Positions 27,529-38,751 of a stretch of 64,000 nucleotides of DNA are shown here, in pieces. The notes below the pieces were generated by a model, which saw only the letters and a program-made list of their open reading frames with translations, had not been told where the DNA came from and searched no databases. The translations under genes were made by a program, and so were the position numbers. Within the stretch, counting starts at the first letter, position 1, and each line of letters begins with the position of its first letter. The DNA is from Candidatus Poribacteria bacterium. Lineage in GTDB: Bacteria > Poribacteria > WGA-4E > PCPOR2b. The stretch is from NCBI GenBank assembly GCA_965208675.1, contig OZ242351.1, positions 1,760,001 to 1,824,000 of the forward strand. The letters run 5' to 3'.

Positions 27529-30500
27529 TTACGGCGGGGATTCTAAGATTAGAACGCCTAAATTGCTCGGAAAGGTGGGTTCTGTTCCGGGTATTTGGGA
27601 CGCCCAGTAGACCGCCTGATCGTCTGAGCGGTGAATCACAAAGTTAAACCCAATACGGCTATTTCTTTTCGTTTTCAGGGGATCGAAACCGCGAAAGACT
27701 GGGAAAAAGGGGATGCGCGCCTCAATGATGTAGTAATTGGATTCCTGCCTTACCGCGACATCAAGGTCCTGCGCTTGGTAGTTATAAACCTGTTCTGGTG
27801 TCCACTGTCCAATGTAAGGCTGATCGCCGTTGAAACCCGCGCCTTTCGGACAGATCCAGAAAATAAATCGGTTTGGATCCGTTCCGGTTTGTAGGTAGGC
27901 TGGTTTGCTCCCGCCGCCGGGGTGAAGGTCGAAATGTAATTCCAATGCGTCCGAATCCTCGTAATATTTCGTTGGATCCGGAGCGTCCACGGAATCATCG
28001 TAGATTTGCGCCAGCACATAAAGCGAGTCCTTGCCCCACAGCAACCAGAGAAATCCTTCATCTTGCGGGGTTCGAAGCGCCTTTTCCAGCGGCCACTGGT
28101 CATCAAGGCCGTCAATGAGCATCGGTCTGCTCGTGTACGGTGCTCTGGAAATCAGGTTCGCTCGGCAACCCGCGTATATTCCCACGTTCGTTTCCCCCGT
28201 GTCAATCAATGCATCTGTATAAGTTGCCGTCACCGTTTCTCCGCCGACCAATCTGAGGCCATTGTCGATTTCATTTTTCCCGTACTGTGTTGACACCGAT
28301 CCTCGAAAAATGTGCGAATTAGCATTTTCTTCAACTAACGAGAGGACAATTGATTGCGCGCCGCCTTTGACCTGTATTGTTGTTGATTCGACGTCGAAGG
28401 CGTCCAGATTCAGGTCGGCGTCTTCTAGTTGGAAGTGCAACGGACTCCCCGGGTTAAAGTAACGTATAATTGTACCGTCCCGCCGAGTAATCATTAGGCG
28501 CCCTCGGACACCCTGATTGACGTAAGCGCGGTCTTCGACAGCAACAGCGTTGGCAAATGGAACGCCAGATATGTATACTGCGCGAATCTCCTCGTCACCT
28601 TGCACATCGAGTGTACCATCGGCGACCGGCGTTGTGCCGTACCGTGTCGGAATCGATGCAGCGAAGACGCCTTCAGCTTCCGGAATCGCCTTAAGCACCA
28701 CCTCAGCATTATCGTTAGTCTTGTTCCCAGTGACGGCAACCTTAATCGAATCGTCACGTGCAACCGCACTGAGAAAAAGATCTTCTAGCCAGAAGTAGAT
28801 TGTCTCGCCCGCATTGAAACTTCCCAACTCATGAGCGGCGACAGAATGCCTTGCTCCGAATTGAGCCGGTGATTCTTCTAGCGCATTTCGATTAACAATC
28901 CGTAGAATACCCGCGCTGCTGCTCAATACAATCGCCTGAGCATGCATTGACACGTTAGTTTCGCCGGTAGCGGTGATTTCATCCGTATACACTACACTGA
29001 TTACCTCTTTATCTTTCACGTGTAGGATGTCATCGGTCCTGTCGGCGGCTGAATTGGCATCAGGAGAATCCGCGACTTGCCGCGTCTGCAGAAACCCATC
29101 AAAAATCGCGTTATTCGCGCTCGTCTCCCATAAGATGAGCTGAACCTCGTCTGTGTTCCCGGAGGCGGTTACCAGAGCGGCGTCGCCCTGCGCCGGGGAA
29201 ATGTCCAAATCTTCATCTCGCAGCCGGATGCGTAGTTTTGCTCCGGCGTTAAAGCTTCCGACGAAGAGAGTTCGGGCGAGAATTTTACCGCTTTCTGCGT
29301 CAATAATCTCCAAATCCCCAGTATTCCCGGTTTCGACCGAAAGCGCAACACTGACAGGGACTTGGGCCGCCCCGGTGTCTTGCAGGGCATCGGTATAAAT
29401 ACATGTCACAATACCTTCCCCCTGCACCTGCAGGATGTCATCCTCCGGTATCGAAACTGTTCCATAGCTTGTTTGCACTTCGCCGCGAAAAACGCCAGGC
29501 CTTCCCGCCACCTCATCCATAATCAGGCGAACAGTGTCTCGAATCTTGTTATCGGCAAAATCGGATTCAGCAATTTGCGCCGCAGCATTGGCAGTATTGA
29601 GATCAGCGTCCCGCATCTTCAGAATCAGCGTATCACCAGCCCGAAACCCAAAAATTTCTACGTTATCCGCCGCGTCCGGTTCAAAGTTAATCTCGTTATA
29701 GACCTTAAGCGTTCCCGTAGTCCCAATCGCTGCCGTGCAATCGTCCGAAACCTCAAAATCAGTTTCGCCAGTGGAACGCAGCGCATCAATATAGATTGCT
29801 TGAACTGATTCCGTGCCCTGCACCTGCAATTTGCCATCGCCTAACGTTGCCTCGGTGTCATAGGCGGTTTCGATAGAACCGAACAGCGTTCCTCCAGCGG
29901 CGTACCGTGCATCGCCTCCGGCGGGAATGGGAGTTAGCAGCACCTCTTCTCGGTCGCTCAGATTATGTCCGGTAAGTACAATCCGCACCGCATCATCAAA
30001 CAGGTCTCCATCGCGGAGTCGAAAATGAAGTTTGCTTCCGGCGTTGAAGCTACTCAGATTCGTCAAGTAATTCGATTTAACAATCTCTATGATGCCATCG
30101 ACTCCGGCGCTGACGTGCATCAGATCGGTGATGACTACGTCCGTCGCGCCGGAAGCCTGCAGGGCGTCAACATAACTGAGGGTAACCACCGCTTTGCCGA
30201 CAACTTCAAGAATATCGTTGGAGGGATCGGCGTGCACCGCATACCGAGTTGGGCATAGTTCAGCGAATTCACCAGAATTTTCGGTGGTCTCTGTCAGCGT
30301 CAATGTGCGTTGATCGGCGGTCAGATCGCTGCTCAAGTTGACCTCAACTAACTCCAGCATCTGATCGTTTTGGTTTAAATCTGTGTCCTTTAACCAAATG
30401 GAGAGCGGATGCCCTGCCTTGAAAAACTTTCGGTTGCCTAGGACATTTGATTCCTCTTCACCGCTGTTTACACGCCCTGAACCCAATTCAAGCCGCGTGG

Positions 30501-33435
30501 TCACTCCGGTTTTTACGCTTGTTTCTGCATGGATAGGCACATTTGTCTTCCCTGTCGCTTGGATGCCGTCCACGTAATACGCCCTCACAATTTGCATGCC
30601 AATGGCTTGCAGCACACCGTTGTTCGGTCTGGGCGTCTCGCTGTAGGCGGTCTCTATCGTCCCAATAAAATTCCTGCTATCCGGTCGATAATTAAGTACG
30701 GCTGTCTCAATCTCCTCCGTTTCAGGAATAGCCAGCGTTACTTCAATCGTCCTCGGTTCGGAAGTAAGCCCGTTACTTTGATTGGCTAAATCCGCATCGT
30801 GTACTCGCAGGTAAATTGTATCGCCAATGCTAATCTCGTCGAGCAATTCCCCGGACTTTGTTATGATTGAAATCGTTCCCGTTGATCCTGTGTTGACTGT
30901 GGCTGTATCGGTGACGGAATACCCATGCTGCGTACTGCTGTAATAGGGATCGAAATATTTGACTGTAACTTTGTCCTCGCCGCGGACGAAAAAGACAGAA
31001 GATTCCGCGTCTTCAACCTTCGACTCCCTTTCCTCGTAGGCAGTTGGGACTATCGCAGCGAAGGTGGCGCGGTTGCGCGCCATGTCGTTATCCGGATTTT
31101 CGTCCAGCAACAACGCGGGATTTGCCTCTTTCAGCGTAACCGAAAGCGTCTGTTTTGTTCGTTCATTGCGCAATTCGGCTAGGACGGATTCCGGTTGATG
31201 GCGATCGGTGTTTCTGTCCGCATCCCATACACAGATAGTGAGTCGGTCGCCAGCGTTAAAATTCGTAATCGGACGAGTTGGCTTCTGACCCAGGAATGCA
31301 ATTCGTCCGCTAATTCGGTCCGCAAGTTCGACAGAATTCCAACGATTCGGCGGTGCATTGAGATTGGATGTCCCATACGAAAACCAGCCAGCGGCATGGT
31401 TTGTTAACTTGAGGTTCGCCATGACGTAATTGAACCCAAGAGACTTGTCTACATCGGGTTCAAACCCGTTCAATACTAGCGACTTAGGAATTCTTGCTTC
31501 GAGGGTATACCCGTTCTCAGTTTTAGAGACTTTCGCTTCAATCTCTTTTCGGTTGTAAATATTGTGCCGGATTGCATCGAGGTGATGGTGAATCTGTGAA
31601 GGCTGTATTTGCGGCTGAGATTCATGTGAATCAAGGAGAGTAAAAACAAAATGGTGGTCGCTGTCTTTGTACATTCCCGGCGATCTGTTGAGGGCGGTAT
31701 CAATAAAGAGATGCAGTGCTTCCGAATCGTCTCGCGCCGCATTATCGTGTATTGGGGAGTAAAGGGGGTTGCGTATTCGCTGATTGACAATTGCAGCCAC
31801 ATAAAGGTTGTCATCGTCCCACTGCGAATAAAGCGATATCGGAGAATCCGCAGAAGTTTTATAGTTCTGCGGAAGCATTGGATAGAGGGTTGGCCATTCA
31901 CTCACCTTGCCGTCAACTACAACCTTTTCACTGACGCGAATTGCTTTGCCAATGGTTTCGTCCGATTGATTGGACAACTGCGCGGACGACACATCCACTG
32001 TTTCACGCGCTTCTAATAGGACAACCTCTGAAACCACGGCATTGGGGCCAGCCAAGCGGTTGAAACTGAGCGCAATTTTACCGTCGGCGTAGGCCTTAAC
32101 CGGAATTGGGTAGGTGCGAGATTCTGCCGTCCCACGCGGGATTTCAATCGCGTCGTGCAGGATAAACCCGTCAACCGTTAGGTTTTGAATTCGCCGCCCG
32201 TTGTTTTTTTGCAGGTAGGTTACCCTTACCCAATAAAAAAAGGACGGGTGTAATTCAGCATACCTGATTTTTACCGCGTCATAGTGGTAAGCGAAGCTTC
32301 TCTGCTCGAACGTATTGCCCAAATCAACTTTGTCCGACTCGTTGCCCGCTGGCAAAAAATAGCGGTTTTCGTCTCCCGTGTCCCGATCAAACGCAAAACC
32401 CTGTTCAAGGTGCGGCGCAAAGGCATTTTCATCGAATCCAAGATTTTCGTGGTGCATCTGAACTGCATTATAATCGCTCAGCGGTCGATTAACCGGGCGC
32501 ACCGGTCGATAGTCATCGGTAAAAACTTCAAATTCTCGTATCTCCGGATAATCGCCGTACCAATCGCCGTGTTCGATGCGCATACGGATATACCGCGCTG
32601 AAACGGTCGAACTAAACAGTTGAAAATCTGTTACGGTTTCATCGGGAAGACTTTCGGAGGTGTAGTGTTCTGTGTAACGCCGCCCGTCGACACTGGTTAA
32701 AACCCGATAGCGCCTGACGTTGTTACCGGGACCATCGGTTGTTACACGAACCCCGTAGATTTTTTGCACTTCTCTCAAACTGCCCGTAACCACCACCGCA
32801 CTAGCTGGCGGTTTGAATGAGATTTCTTTCCACGTGTTTTCGCCCTCCTCAACCGTTTTCTCTATCCGCTGTGCGCCGACCCATTTCGAGGCTTCATAGG
32901 GGAGGAAATCTATGAGATTGTTGAGTTCGACGGAATTGTAGTTGCTGTCAATTTCCAGAAGTGGGCTGTGGGATTGGTAGCGCACGCCGACGCGGAAATC
33001 ATCGCCTCTCAATTCTGGTTTGTTACTGAACCAATCGTTAATGACTACTTGCACCCAACGCGCTTCGGCAGGAATAGAGAGGGAATGGAGCGGGTTGGTA
33101 TATTCTCGTGAACTGCCGATGTAGGAAAACGCACGTTCGAAACGCTCTTCTGTCCGCACGGTGTCAACGAGCAAATCGAACCGTTTAGGACCGCTCTCAT
33201 CAGCATCTTCGAACGGTATGTTTGCTCTATCGATTTTATAGACAAATCCTAAATCAAACGTCTCAACAATCGGATCCGCACGCAGAATATCCGTGTAGTG
33301 GAGTGGTTCATTTTCGAGTCGGCGCACGGGTTCGATGAACCGTTGGTTCCTATCAGTCGCGGCATCTTCGCGCGGATAAAAGAGGAATCCGAGCAACACA
33401 GCAGCGCCGCCGAGAAGGATGTATTTGATGTTCAT
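27529..33435 (-). CDS. 1968-aa surface protein: discoidin (F5/8C)-like domain, two CBM9/DOMON-like domains, Ig-like repeats
   Basis: N-terminal TM; ARYIRM...EIREFEV; VDG...EW..WDDDNLY..EARIP motif twice; repeated D.D.N...L.E...SG.F.G.I.T.Y units. Confidence 0.8.
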   Translation of the reverse strand: MNIKYILLGGAAVLLGFLFYPREDAATDRNQRFIEPVRRLENEPLHYTDILRADPIVETFDLGFVYKIDRANIPFEDADESGPKRFDLLVDTVRTEERFERAFSYIGSSREYTNPLHSLSIPAEARWVQVVINDWFSNKPELRGDDFRVGVRYQSHSPLLEIDSNYNSVELNNLIDFLPYEASKWVGAQRIEKTVEEGENTWKEISFKPPASAVVVTGSLREVQKIYGVRVTTDGPGNNVRRYRVLTSVDGRRYTEHYTSESLPDETVTDFQLFSSTVSARYIRMRIEHGDWYGDYPEIREFEVFTDDYRPVRPVNRPLSDYNAVQMHHENLGFDENAFAPHLEQGFAFDRDTGDENRYFLPAGNESDKVDLGNTFEQRSFAYHYDAVKIRYAELHPSFFYWVRVTYLQKNNGRRIQNLTVDGFILHDAIEIPRGTAESRTYPIPVKAYADGKIALSFNRLAGPNAVVSEVVLLEARETVDVSSAQLSNQSDETIGKAIRVSEKVVVDGKVSEWPTLYPMLPQNYKTSADSPISLYSQWDDDNLYVAAIVNQRIRNPLYSPIHDNAARDDSEALHLFIDTALNRSPGMYKDSDHHFVFTLLDSHESQPQIQPSQIHHHLDAIRHNIYNRKEIEAKVSKTENGYTLEARIPKSLVLNGFEPDVDKSLGFNYVMANLKLTNHAAGWFSYGTSNLNAPPNRWNSVELADRISGRIAFLGQKPTRPITNFNAGDRLTICVWDADRNTDRHQPESVLAELRNERTKQTLSVTLKEANPALLLDENPDNDMARNRATFAAIVPTAYEERESKVEDAESSVFFVRGEDKVTVKYFDPYYSSTQHGYSVTDTATVNTGSTGTISIITKSGELLDEISIGDTIYLRVHDADLANQSNGLTSEPRTIEVTLAIPETEEIETAVLNYRPDSRNFIGTIETAYSETPRPNNGVLQAIGMQIVRAYYVDGIQATGKTNVPIHAETSVKTGVTTRLELGSGRVNSGEEESNVLGNRKFFKAGHPLSIWLKDTDLNQNDQMLELVEVNLSSDLTADQRTLTLTETTENSGEFAELCPTRYAVHADPSNDILEVVGKAVVTLSYVDALQASGATDVVITDLMHVSAGVDGIIEIVKSNYLTNLSSFNAGSKLHFRLRDGDLFDDAVRIVLTGHNLSDREEVLLTPIPAGGDARYAAGGTLFGSIETAYDTEATLGDGKLQVQGTESVQAIYIDALRSTGETDFEVSDDCTAAIGTTGTLKVYNEINFEPDAADNVEIFGFRAGDTLILKMRDADLNTANAAAQIAESDFADNKIRDTVRLIMDEVAGRPGVFRGEVQTSYGTVSIPEDDILQVQGEGIVTCIYTDALQDTGAAQVPVSVALSVETGNTGDLEIIDAESGKILARTLFVGSFNAGAKLRIRLRDEDLDISPAQGDAALVTASGNTDEVQLILWETSANNAIFDGFLQTRQVADSPDANSAADRTDDILHVKDKEVISVVYTDEITATGETNVSMHAQAIVLSSSAGILRIVNRNALEESPAQFGARHSVAAHELGSFNAGETIYFWLEDLFLSAVARDDSIKVAVTGNKTNDNAEVVLKAIPEAEGVFAASIPTRYGTTPVADGTLDVQGDEEIRAVYISGVPFANAVAVEDRAYVNQGVRGRLMITRRDGTIIRYFNPGSPLHFQLEDADLNLDAFDVESTTIQVKGGAQSIVLSLVEENANSHIFRGSVSTQYGKNEIDNGLRLVGGETVTATYTDALIDTGETNVGIYAGCRANLISRAPYTSRPMLIDGLDDQWPLEKALRTPQDEGFLWLLWGKDSLYVLAQIYDDSVDAPDPTKYYEDSDALELHFDLHPGGGSKPAYLQTGTDPNRFIFWICPKGAGFNGDQPYIGQWTPEQVYNYQAQDLDVAVRQESNYYIIEARIPFFPVFRGFDPLKTKRNSRIGFNFVIHRSDDQAVYWASQIPGTEPTFPSNLGVLILESPP

Positions 33436-33523
33436 GAGGAGCTACACCTCATTAAAGAAACAGCGGTTAGTTGCCACTGGCCAGTGTAGTGCGCGTGCAT
33501 TAGTCTTAACCGGGCGCGCTCCA

Positions 33524-34030
33524 CTAATCATTCTCCACCGCTTTTTCACGGATTGACTTAATCAAATCTGTAGTCGATTTGCCCGGCACCTGCAATCCGA
33601 GGATTACCTCTCCGCCGTTCGCTTCGACAACTTGTCTTTCAACGACTTCCTCTATCGCATAGTTTCCACCCTTAACGTGAATGTTCGGTTTGAGTACGGC
33701 TAGCAGCGCGATCGGATTCAATTCCGAGAAAACCGTAACGTAATCGACGCATTCTAAGCCCGCCAAGATTTCAGCGCGTTCATCCTCGGGCTGAATCGGA
33801 CGATTCCTCCCTTTTAACGCCCGAACTGACGCATCGCTATTGATCCCCACAACAAGCAAATCCCCAAGTTCCCGTGCAACCTGCAAATAGCGCAGGTGAC
33901 CGACGTGCAATACGTCGAAACAGCCGTTCGTCGTTACGACGGTTTTTCCGCAAGCCTTTGCCTGATTAATAGTGCTTGCTAGTTGTTCTCGGGACTGGAT
34001 TTTCTTAGACATGGCTGTGCCCTCAACCAT
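33524..34030 (-). CDS. rfaE2: Heptose-1-phosphate adenylyltransferase (HldE domain II)
   Basis: TNGCFDVLHVGH, NSDASV..LKG..RP, VKGG.Y, STT. Confidence 0.93.
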   Translation of the reverse strand: MVEGTAMSKKIQSREQLASTINQAKACGKTVVTTNGCFDVLHVGHLRYLQVARELGDLLVVGINSDASVRALKGRNRPIQPEDERAEILAGLECVDYVTVFSELNPIALLAVLKPNIHVKGGNYAIEEVVERQVVEANGGEVILGLQVPGKSTTDLIKSIREKAVEND

Positions 34031-34074
34031 TGGATAAACGCAAAATTAAATTATGTGAGGCGTTTGGCGCTGAT

Positions 34075-34863
34075 TTAGTATATCTCAAAGGCATCATTCT
34101 TTAACCAACCGGACTTACCATCCCGCCGTTGGATTTTTGACCACTCCTGTTGAAGCTCTTTCACGCGAATGACCGCCCCTTCGTGCAGTGTAAAATGTGA
34201 AGTGGCATCCCCGGACGGCTCAAATCTGATCGGGGCAACTTCAGAGATAATGACGGCTTTTCGTTGAAATTGGGTATCGTAGAGCTCAAGCGATAGTGAA
34301 ATTAAGGAAAAGAACAGAAGGCAACCAAGAACCGCAGCGCTATAGTAAAAACTTCTACGCAGCCGCTTTAAAGGCAAACTTAGGGTTAAAACCGCCATCA
34401 AACCGAGGTAGAGAAAAAAGACGGCAATTGTCAACTCATCCGTATTCAGGAGGCGCTTCAGTACGAAAACCTTATGCAGCAACCCTTCTTTAGATTTCGG
34501 CGTTGGATTGCTTTCGTCCAATGAAAGTGCATAGTTTAGATTGGACTTTATGTCCGCGTCGCGGGGCAATCGGTGCAACGCCCGCTCATAATTCAGAATC
34601 GCCTTCCCACGGTTCCCAACCTTAAAGTAGGCGTTCGCAAGGTTGTAATATAGATGCCCATCTTTAAACTCCATCGAAACCAACTGTTCATAGGCTTTGA
34701 TGGCTTCAGTATACCGCTCGTCCTTGAAATAACCATTACCTTGGAAAAAAAGCGTGTTCGGCTGGTTAACCTTCTCCGCTATACTTGCCTGGAGAACCAA
34801 GAGAAAAAAGGCAATGATGAAAAGAACGCAATTTAATTTTTGAATCTTAAGGCGATTGACCAT
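34075..34863 (-). CDS. batE: BatE-like TPR/SH3 protein
   Basis: TPR (YYNLANAY), TM segments, LHEG..GW SH3-like end; operon position. Confidence 0.8.
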   Translation of the reverse strand: MVNRLKIQKLNCVLFIIAFFLLVLQASIAEKVNQPNTLFFQGNGYFKDERYTEAIKAYEQLVSMEFKDGHLYYNLANAYFKVGNRGKAILNYERALHRLPRDADIKSNLNYALSLDESNPTPKSKEGLLHKVFVLKRLLNTDELTIAVFFLYLGLMAVLTLSLPLKRLRRSFYYSAAVLGCLLFFSLISLSLELYDTQFQRKAVIISEVAPIRFEPSGDATSHFTLHEGAVIRVKELQQEWSKIQRRDGKSGWLKNDAFEIY

Positions 34864-34956
34864 GAACTGTGCTTCGGCTTAATGATAAACAATTTTGAAA
34901 CGAGGAATGCTTTCAGTTTGATCCGTGGACAACGACTAAACGTTTGATGGGCGCTT

Positions 34957-36783
34957 CTAATTAGAACGATCTGAAAGGAGCTTCATGGATTCTTCGGTTA
35001 ACGTCAACAGGCGCTGCATTTGCTCCTGGCTGATTTCCTCGGGTGCAAACCTGACGCTGTCACAGGATTCAAAGAAGTCCCGTAGCTTCTCCTGAGCATC
35101 GTCCTTGACGCCGTGTTTGCCCAACTCCTCCACAACCTCGCTAGTAATGCCCGCCGATGGAAGCGCGAATTGATCGCCGATGTATTCCTGCATTGATCTG
35201 AAAATAACGTCGCAAAACGCGCCGGTTTGGCCAGCACCCGCGAGTTTTCTTGCAGCATCAAGCCCCTTCTTCGCTTTCCGCGGCGCCTGTCTCCGTCGAG
35301 CATAGATGATGTCGCCGGTCAGCTTGTCTTTGCGTTTCTGGTAGATGAGCACACCAAAAAATGCGATGAGCGGCAAGGTTTGCGCAAAGAGGAAAAGACC
35401 ATTTTGATAGAGATAGGTATTCCCCCGCTGAAGGCCTTTCATCGAATCCTTGATGTACAAGATGTCCCGACCCAATTTCTCTCGCTTAACCGTTTTTTCA
35501 GCTCCAGGCAAGTCGACAATCTTTAACCCCTCTTCACCTGCTATTGCTGTTACGCGTATCGGAATCTCTCCCTTTTTTATGGTATGATATTTTTCATGTT
35601 CGGGGTCAAAATAACTGAATCGAATCTCCGGTATGGCTTTGACGCTTGCATCTTCCGGAATGAGCACCTGCTCAAAACTTTTTCCGTGATCATCCGTCTT
35701 GATTTGCGGATCGTAAGTTTTGAATCGATCCAAACCGAATATCCTTGGCAAGGAGACAGTTTCAATGTTGCCTCTGCCTGTGACATGTATTGTCAGCGTA
35801 ATTGGTTCCCCGACTTTGACGTCCCTCGGTTTGGCTTCAACTTGAAGGGTGTACTGTCCTACAGCGCCTGAAAAGTCGCGCGGTTTACCATCTTGTGGAT
35901 GGGCTAGCACGTTAATTTTCAGCGGATCGGATTTCAAGACGATGCGGCGTTTTTCAGCTCGACCAAAGAAATTATCGAAGGGAGAATGATTAAAAACAAT
36001 TTCGTCGTCATATATCGAATTCCGTCTTCGACTCTGTTCCTTCAAAACTAGGTTACACTTTAGTTGTGCGGGACCAAAAGTCAATTGTCCGGTTGAGACC
36101 GGATAGACGACAGTTTCGAAGTTGAGGCAGTTATAACGGACACCATCAATGACTTCCTCTGTCCGGGACGGCTCGGTAAATTCCCTCACGGAAAACGCAC
36201 TGGCTAAAAAGGTAGGATACTCGATTTCGCGAACTTCGACTTTGCGATGATAGAGTTTAATGGTGATTGGGAACGCTTCGTTAAGGTAGACTCTCTCTTT
36301 TGCAGCAGTCAGCGTGAGATAGATGTGATCTTTCAACTCATCACCTTGTGGGTCTCCGTTTTTCCGCTCAGCCGCCCCGCGTTTGATTATGTCGACCGTT
36401 ATCGGCTCGGTCCGGTAACTCTTCCCTTTATACGTCACCTCAATTGAATTGATTGAATATTTGCCGACCTTCAGCGCCGTCAGCCCGTATCTATGCTTTA
36501 TTGACGCGGAAATCTGTCCGTTGACAATTGATATTTGCGAGTTCGGTCCCTGATAACGGGATTGAAATCCTTCCATATCGGGCAATTCCGGCGCGATTAT
36601 AGATTGTACGCCATCTACCTCCACGGTGAGTTGAATTCTACCCCCAACGGGAACAATTTTTCTATCCACAGATGCTGAAACTGCAACCTCATCTGCAATA
36701 GCCGTTGGGTTTTGTAGAAAGGGTGTTCCGATGAACAAAACGGTAAGAAACCGTAGCAATTTGTATTTGTAGTTTGTTTTCAT
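34957..36783 (-). CDS. batD: BatD-like protein
   Basis: SQISIVNG, FSGAVGQY, GRGNI; operon position. Confidence 0.88.
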   Translation of the reverse strand: MKTNYKYKLLRFLTVLFIGTPFLQNPTAIADEVAVSASVDRKIVPVGGRIQLTVEVDGVQSIIAPELPDMEGFQSRYQGPNSQISIVNGQISASIKHRYGLTALKVGKYSINSIEVTYKGKSYRTEPITVDIIKRGAAERKNGDPQGDELKDHIYLTLTAAKERVYLNEAFPITIKLYHRKVEVREIEYPTFLASAFSVREFTEPSRTEEVIDGVRYNCLNFETVVYPVSTGQLTFGPAQLKCNLVLKEQSRRRNSIYDDEIVFNHSPFDNFFGRAEKRRIVLKSDPLKINVLAHPQDGKPRDFSGAVGQYTLQVEAKPRDVKVGEPITLTIHVTGRGNIETVSLPRIFGLDRFKTYDPQIKTDDHGKSFEQVLIPEDASVKAIPEIRFSYFDPEHEKYHTIKKGEIPIRVTAIAGEEGLKIVDLPGAEKTVKREKLGRDILYIKDSMKGLQRGNTYLYQNGLFLFAQTLPLIAFFGVLIYQKRKDKLTGDIIYARRRQAPRKAKKGLDAARKLAGAGQTGAFCDVIFRSMQEYIGDQFALPSAGITSEVVEELGKHGVKDDAQEKLRDFFESCDSVRFAPEEISQEQMQRLLTLTEESMKLLSDRSN

Positions 36784-36849
36784 TGTCTAATCGTCAAATC
36801 GTTATCGAGCTAGTGCAAAAACTAAACGTGTATCTATGCACACTTCACA

Positions 36850-37656
36850 CTACCAATCTTTGAAATTTTCAGGATAACCGGTACCGGGCTTGCGGCGTCG
36901 GATGAGTTGCTGCTGTTCTTCATCTTTCAAAGCATCTAAGAGTTTTAACGCCTCCGCTTTTGTCATCTCGCCATTTTCTTCGGAGGATTGCGGGGAAGTG
37001 TTCTGTTCGCTATCCTTTTGTTCCGGAGTTTCTTGTTGGTTATCTTTTTTTTGTTTTTGTTCCTCCGGCGTCTTAGCGTCTTGCGGCTCATCCCGTTGAG
37101 AATTTTCCTTTTTCTCGTCTTGTTTCTCCTCATTCTGCCGATCGGAATCTTGGTTTTGCTGTTGGTTCTGACGCTGCTGCCTATCCTCAAGTTCTTTTAT
37201 CTTGCGCTGGACGACCTCATAGTTGAATTTGGCATCCATATTCTTGGGATTTAGGTCGATAGCGCGTCTATATGACTCCAATGCCTCTCGGTAAAGTGTG
37301 ATTGCCCCAGTTGCGCTGGAGCTTTCCATACGCTGTCCCTGTTTATATTTACAGTTGCCAATACTATATTGTCCCTTCTCCTCAAGCGCGGGATAATCGA
37401 TCGATAGAGATTTTGTATACGCTTTCATCGCGCGTTCATAATCGCCCTTTTTGTAAGCGGATGCGCCTAAGTTATAATGAACGTCAGGAGATTCCGGTAG
37501 TTCAATCAGAACATCGGTATAACGATCCATGGCTTCGTCGTACATGCCTTCTTTAAACAGACGATTTCCGGCTTTGATCTTGTCCGCATTTGGGTTAATC
37601 CAGGCGATACACAGGATTGAAAATGCAAACATAATGACAATCGGTCTTACTTTCAT
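36850..37656 (-). CDS. batC: BatC-like TPR protein with Q-rich tail
   Basis: TPRs, DAKFNYE, Q/E/K-rich tail ending KDW. Confidence 0.85.
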   Translation of the reverse strand: MKVRPIVIMFAFSILCIAWINPNADKIKAGNRLFKEGMYDEAMDRYTDVLIELPESPDVHYNLGASAYKKGDYERAMKAYTKSLSIDYPALEEKGQYSIGNCKYKQGQRMESSSATGAITLYREALESYRRAIDLNPKNMDAKFNYEVVQRKIKELEDRQQRQNQQQNQDSDRQNEEKQDEKKENSQRDEPQDAKTPEEQKQKKDNQQETPEQKDSEQNTSPQSSEENGEMTKAEALKLLDALKDEEQQQLIRRRKPGTGYPENFKDW

Positions 37657-37734
37657 AACTGATTCTTACCTCTTCTCAGATGCAAAGACCTGCCGCATGA
37701 TCCAACAGATACACGACGGTTCATGTTTTTGCAC

Positions 37735-38751
37735 TCAAACAAGTTCATTCACTGACCTCCTCCTATCGCCGATGCACGCTTCGGTGACAATCAAAATGAA
37801 CGCCGCTATTAAAGGTATCTGAAATCGATCCTCATAGCGTTTCCGCATTTGACTTTCCAACTCTTTCTTGTCCATTTTAGCGATTTTCTCTTCGTAGATT
37901 ACATCTAGCCCAAAGTTAGCGCCCGCCGCTTTAACATAGCTGCCGCCGGTCGTCAGCGCAATATTCTGTAAGGTAACCTCATCAAGTTTTGATTTCACAA
38001 CCTGCCCACGCCGGTCTTTAAGGAAAGCTGGGCTTCCGCCGTCATCAGTAATCTTAATAAGTTCACCTGTTTTTGTACCGATGCCGACACAGAATATTTT
38101 GATGTTCGCGTCTTCTAATTCTTTGGCGGCTACTACTGCATCACCTTCATGGGATTCGCCATCGGTGATGATAATTAAGGCTTTGTCATTGTCCCCGCTC
38201 GTACCAAACGCCTCCATCGCTGTTTGAATCGCCTCAGCGATGTTCGTGCCGCCGCGCGGAATGACAGCGGTGTTGATACGGTTTAACGTCAGTGCGCATG
38301 CGCCGTAATCTAACGTCAGCGGGCACTGCACAAACGCAGTTCCGGCGAAGGCGATTAACCCGACTCTGTCGCCTTTCAACAGATTGAGAAGGTCTTTTAC
38401 CGCTAATTTAGCCCTTTCCAACCGGTTGGGTTTAACATCCGCTGTCAGCATACTTCTTGAGGTGTCAATAGCAACCAAAATATCAACCCCGCGCCGTTTG
38501 ACCTCCTGCCAACGGAATCCCCATTTCGGGCCAATTAACGCTAAGACTAAAAAGAAGACGGCTAGAACCGTGAGTAACGCTTTGAGCTTCTGCTTAAAAG
38601 CGCTGACAGAGGAAGTCAAAATCGGAATCAGATGGGCTTCTGCGAACGCTTCAAGCGCCCGCCGCTTACGGCGAAACACCCAGGCGTAAAACAGCACTAT
38701 AACCGGAATTGACCAGAATAGATGAATGAATTGCAGGTTGCCGAACTTCAT
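37735..38751 (-). CDS. batB: BatB-like VWA protein
   Basis: DTSRSM..DVKPNRL, FAG, PLTLDY, ITDGE; start MKFG at 38751. Confidence 0.88.
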   Translation of the reverse strand: MKFGNLQFIHLFWSIPVIVLFYAWVFRRKRRALEAFAEAHLIPILTSSVSAFKQKLKALLTVLAVFFLVLALIGPKWGFRWQEVKRRGVDILVAIDTSRSMLTADVKPNRLERAKLAVKDLLNLLKGDRVGLIAFAGTAFVQCPLTLDYGACALTLNRINTAVIPRGGTNIAEAIQTAMEAFGTSGDNDKALIIITDGESHEGDAVVAAKELEDANIKIFCVGIGTKTGELIKITDDGGSPAFLKDRRGQVVKSKLDEVTLQNIALTTGGSYVKAAGANFGLDVIYEEKIAKMDKKELESQMRKRYEDRFQIPLIAAFILIVTEACIGDRRRSVNELV

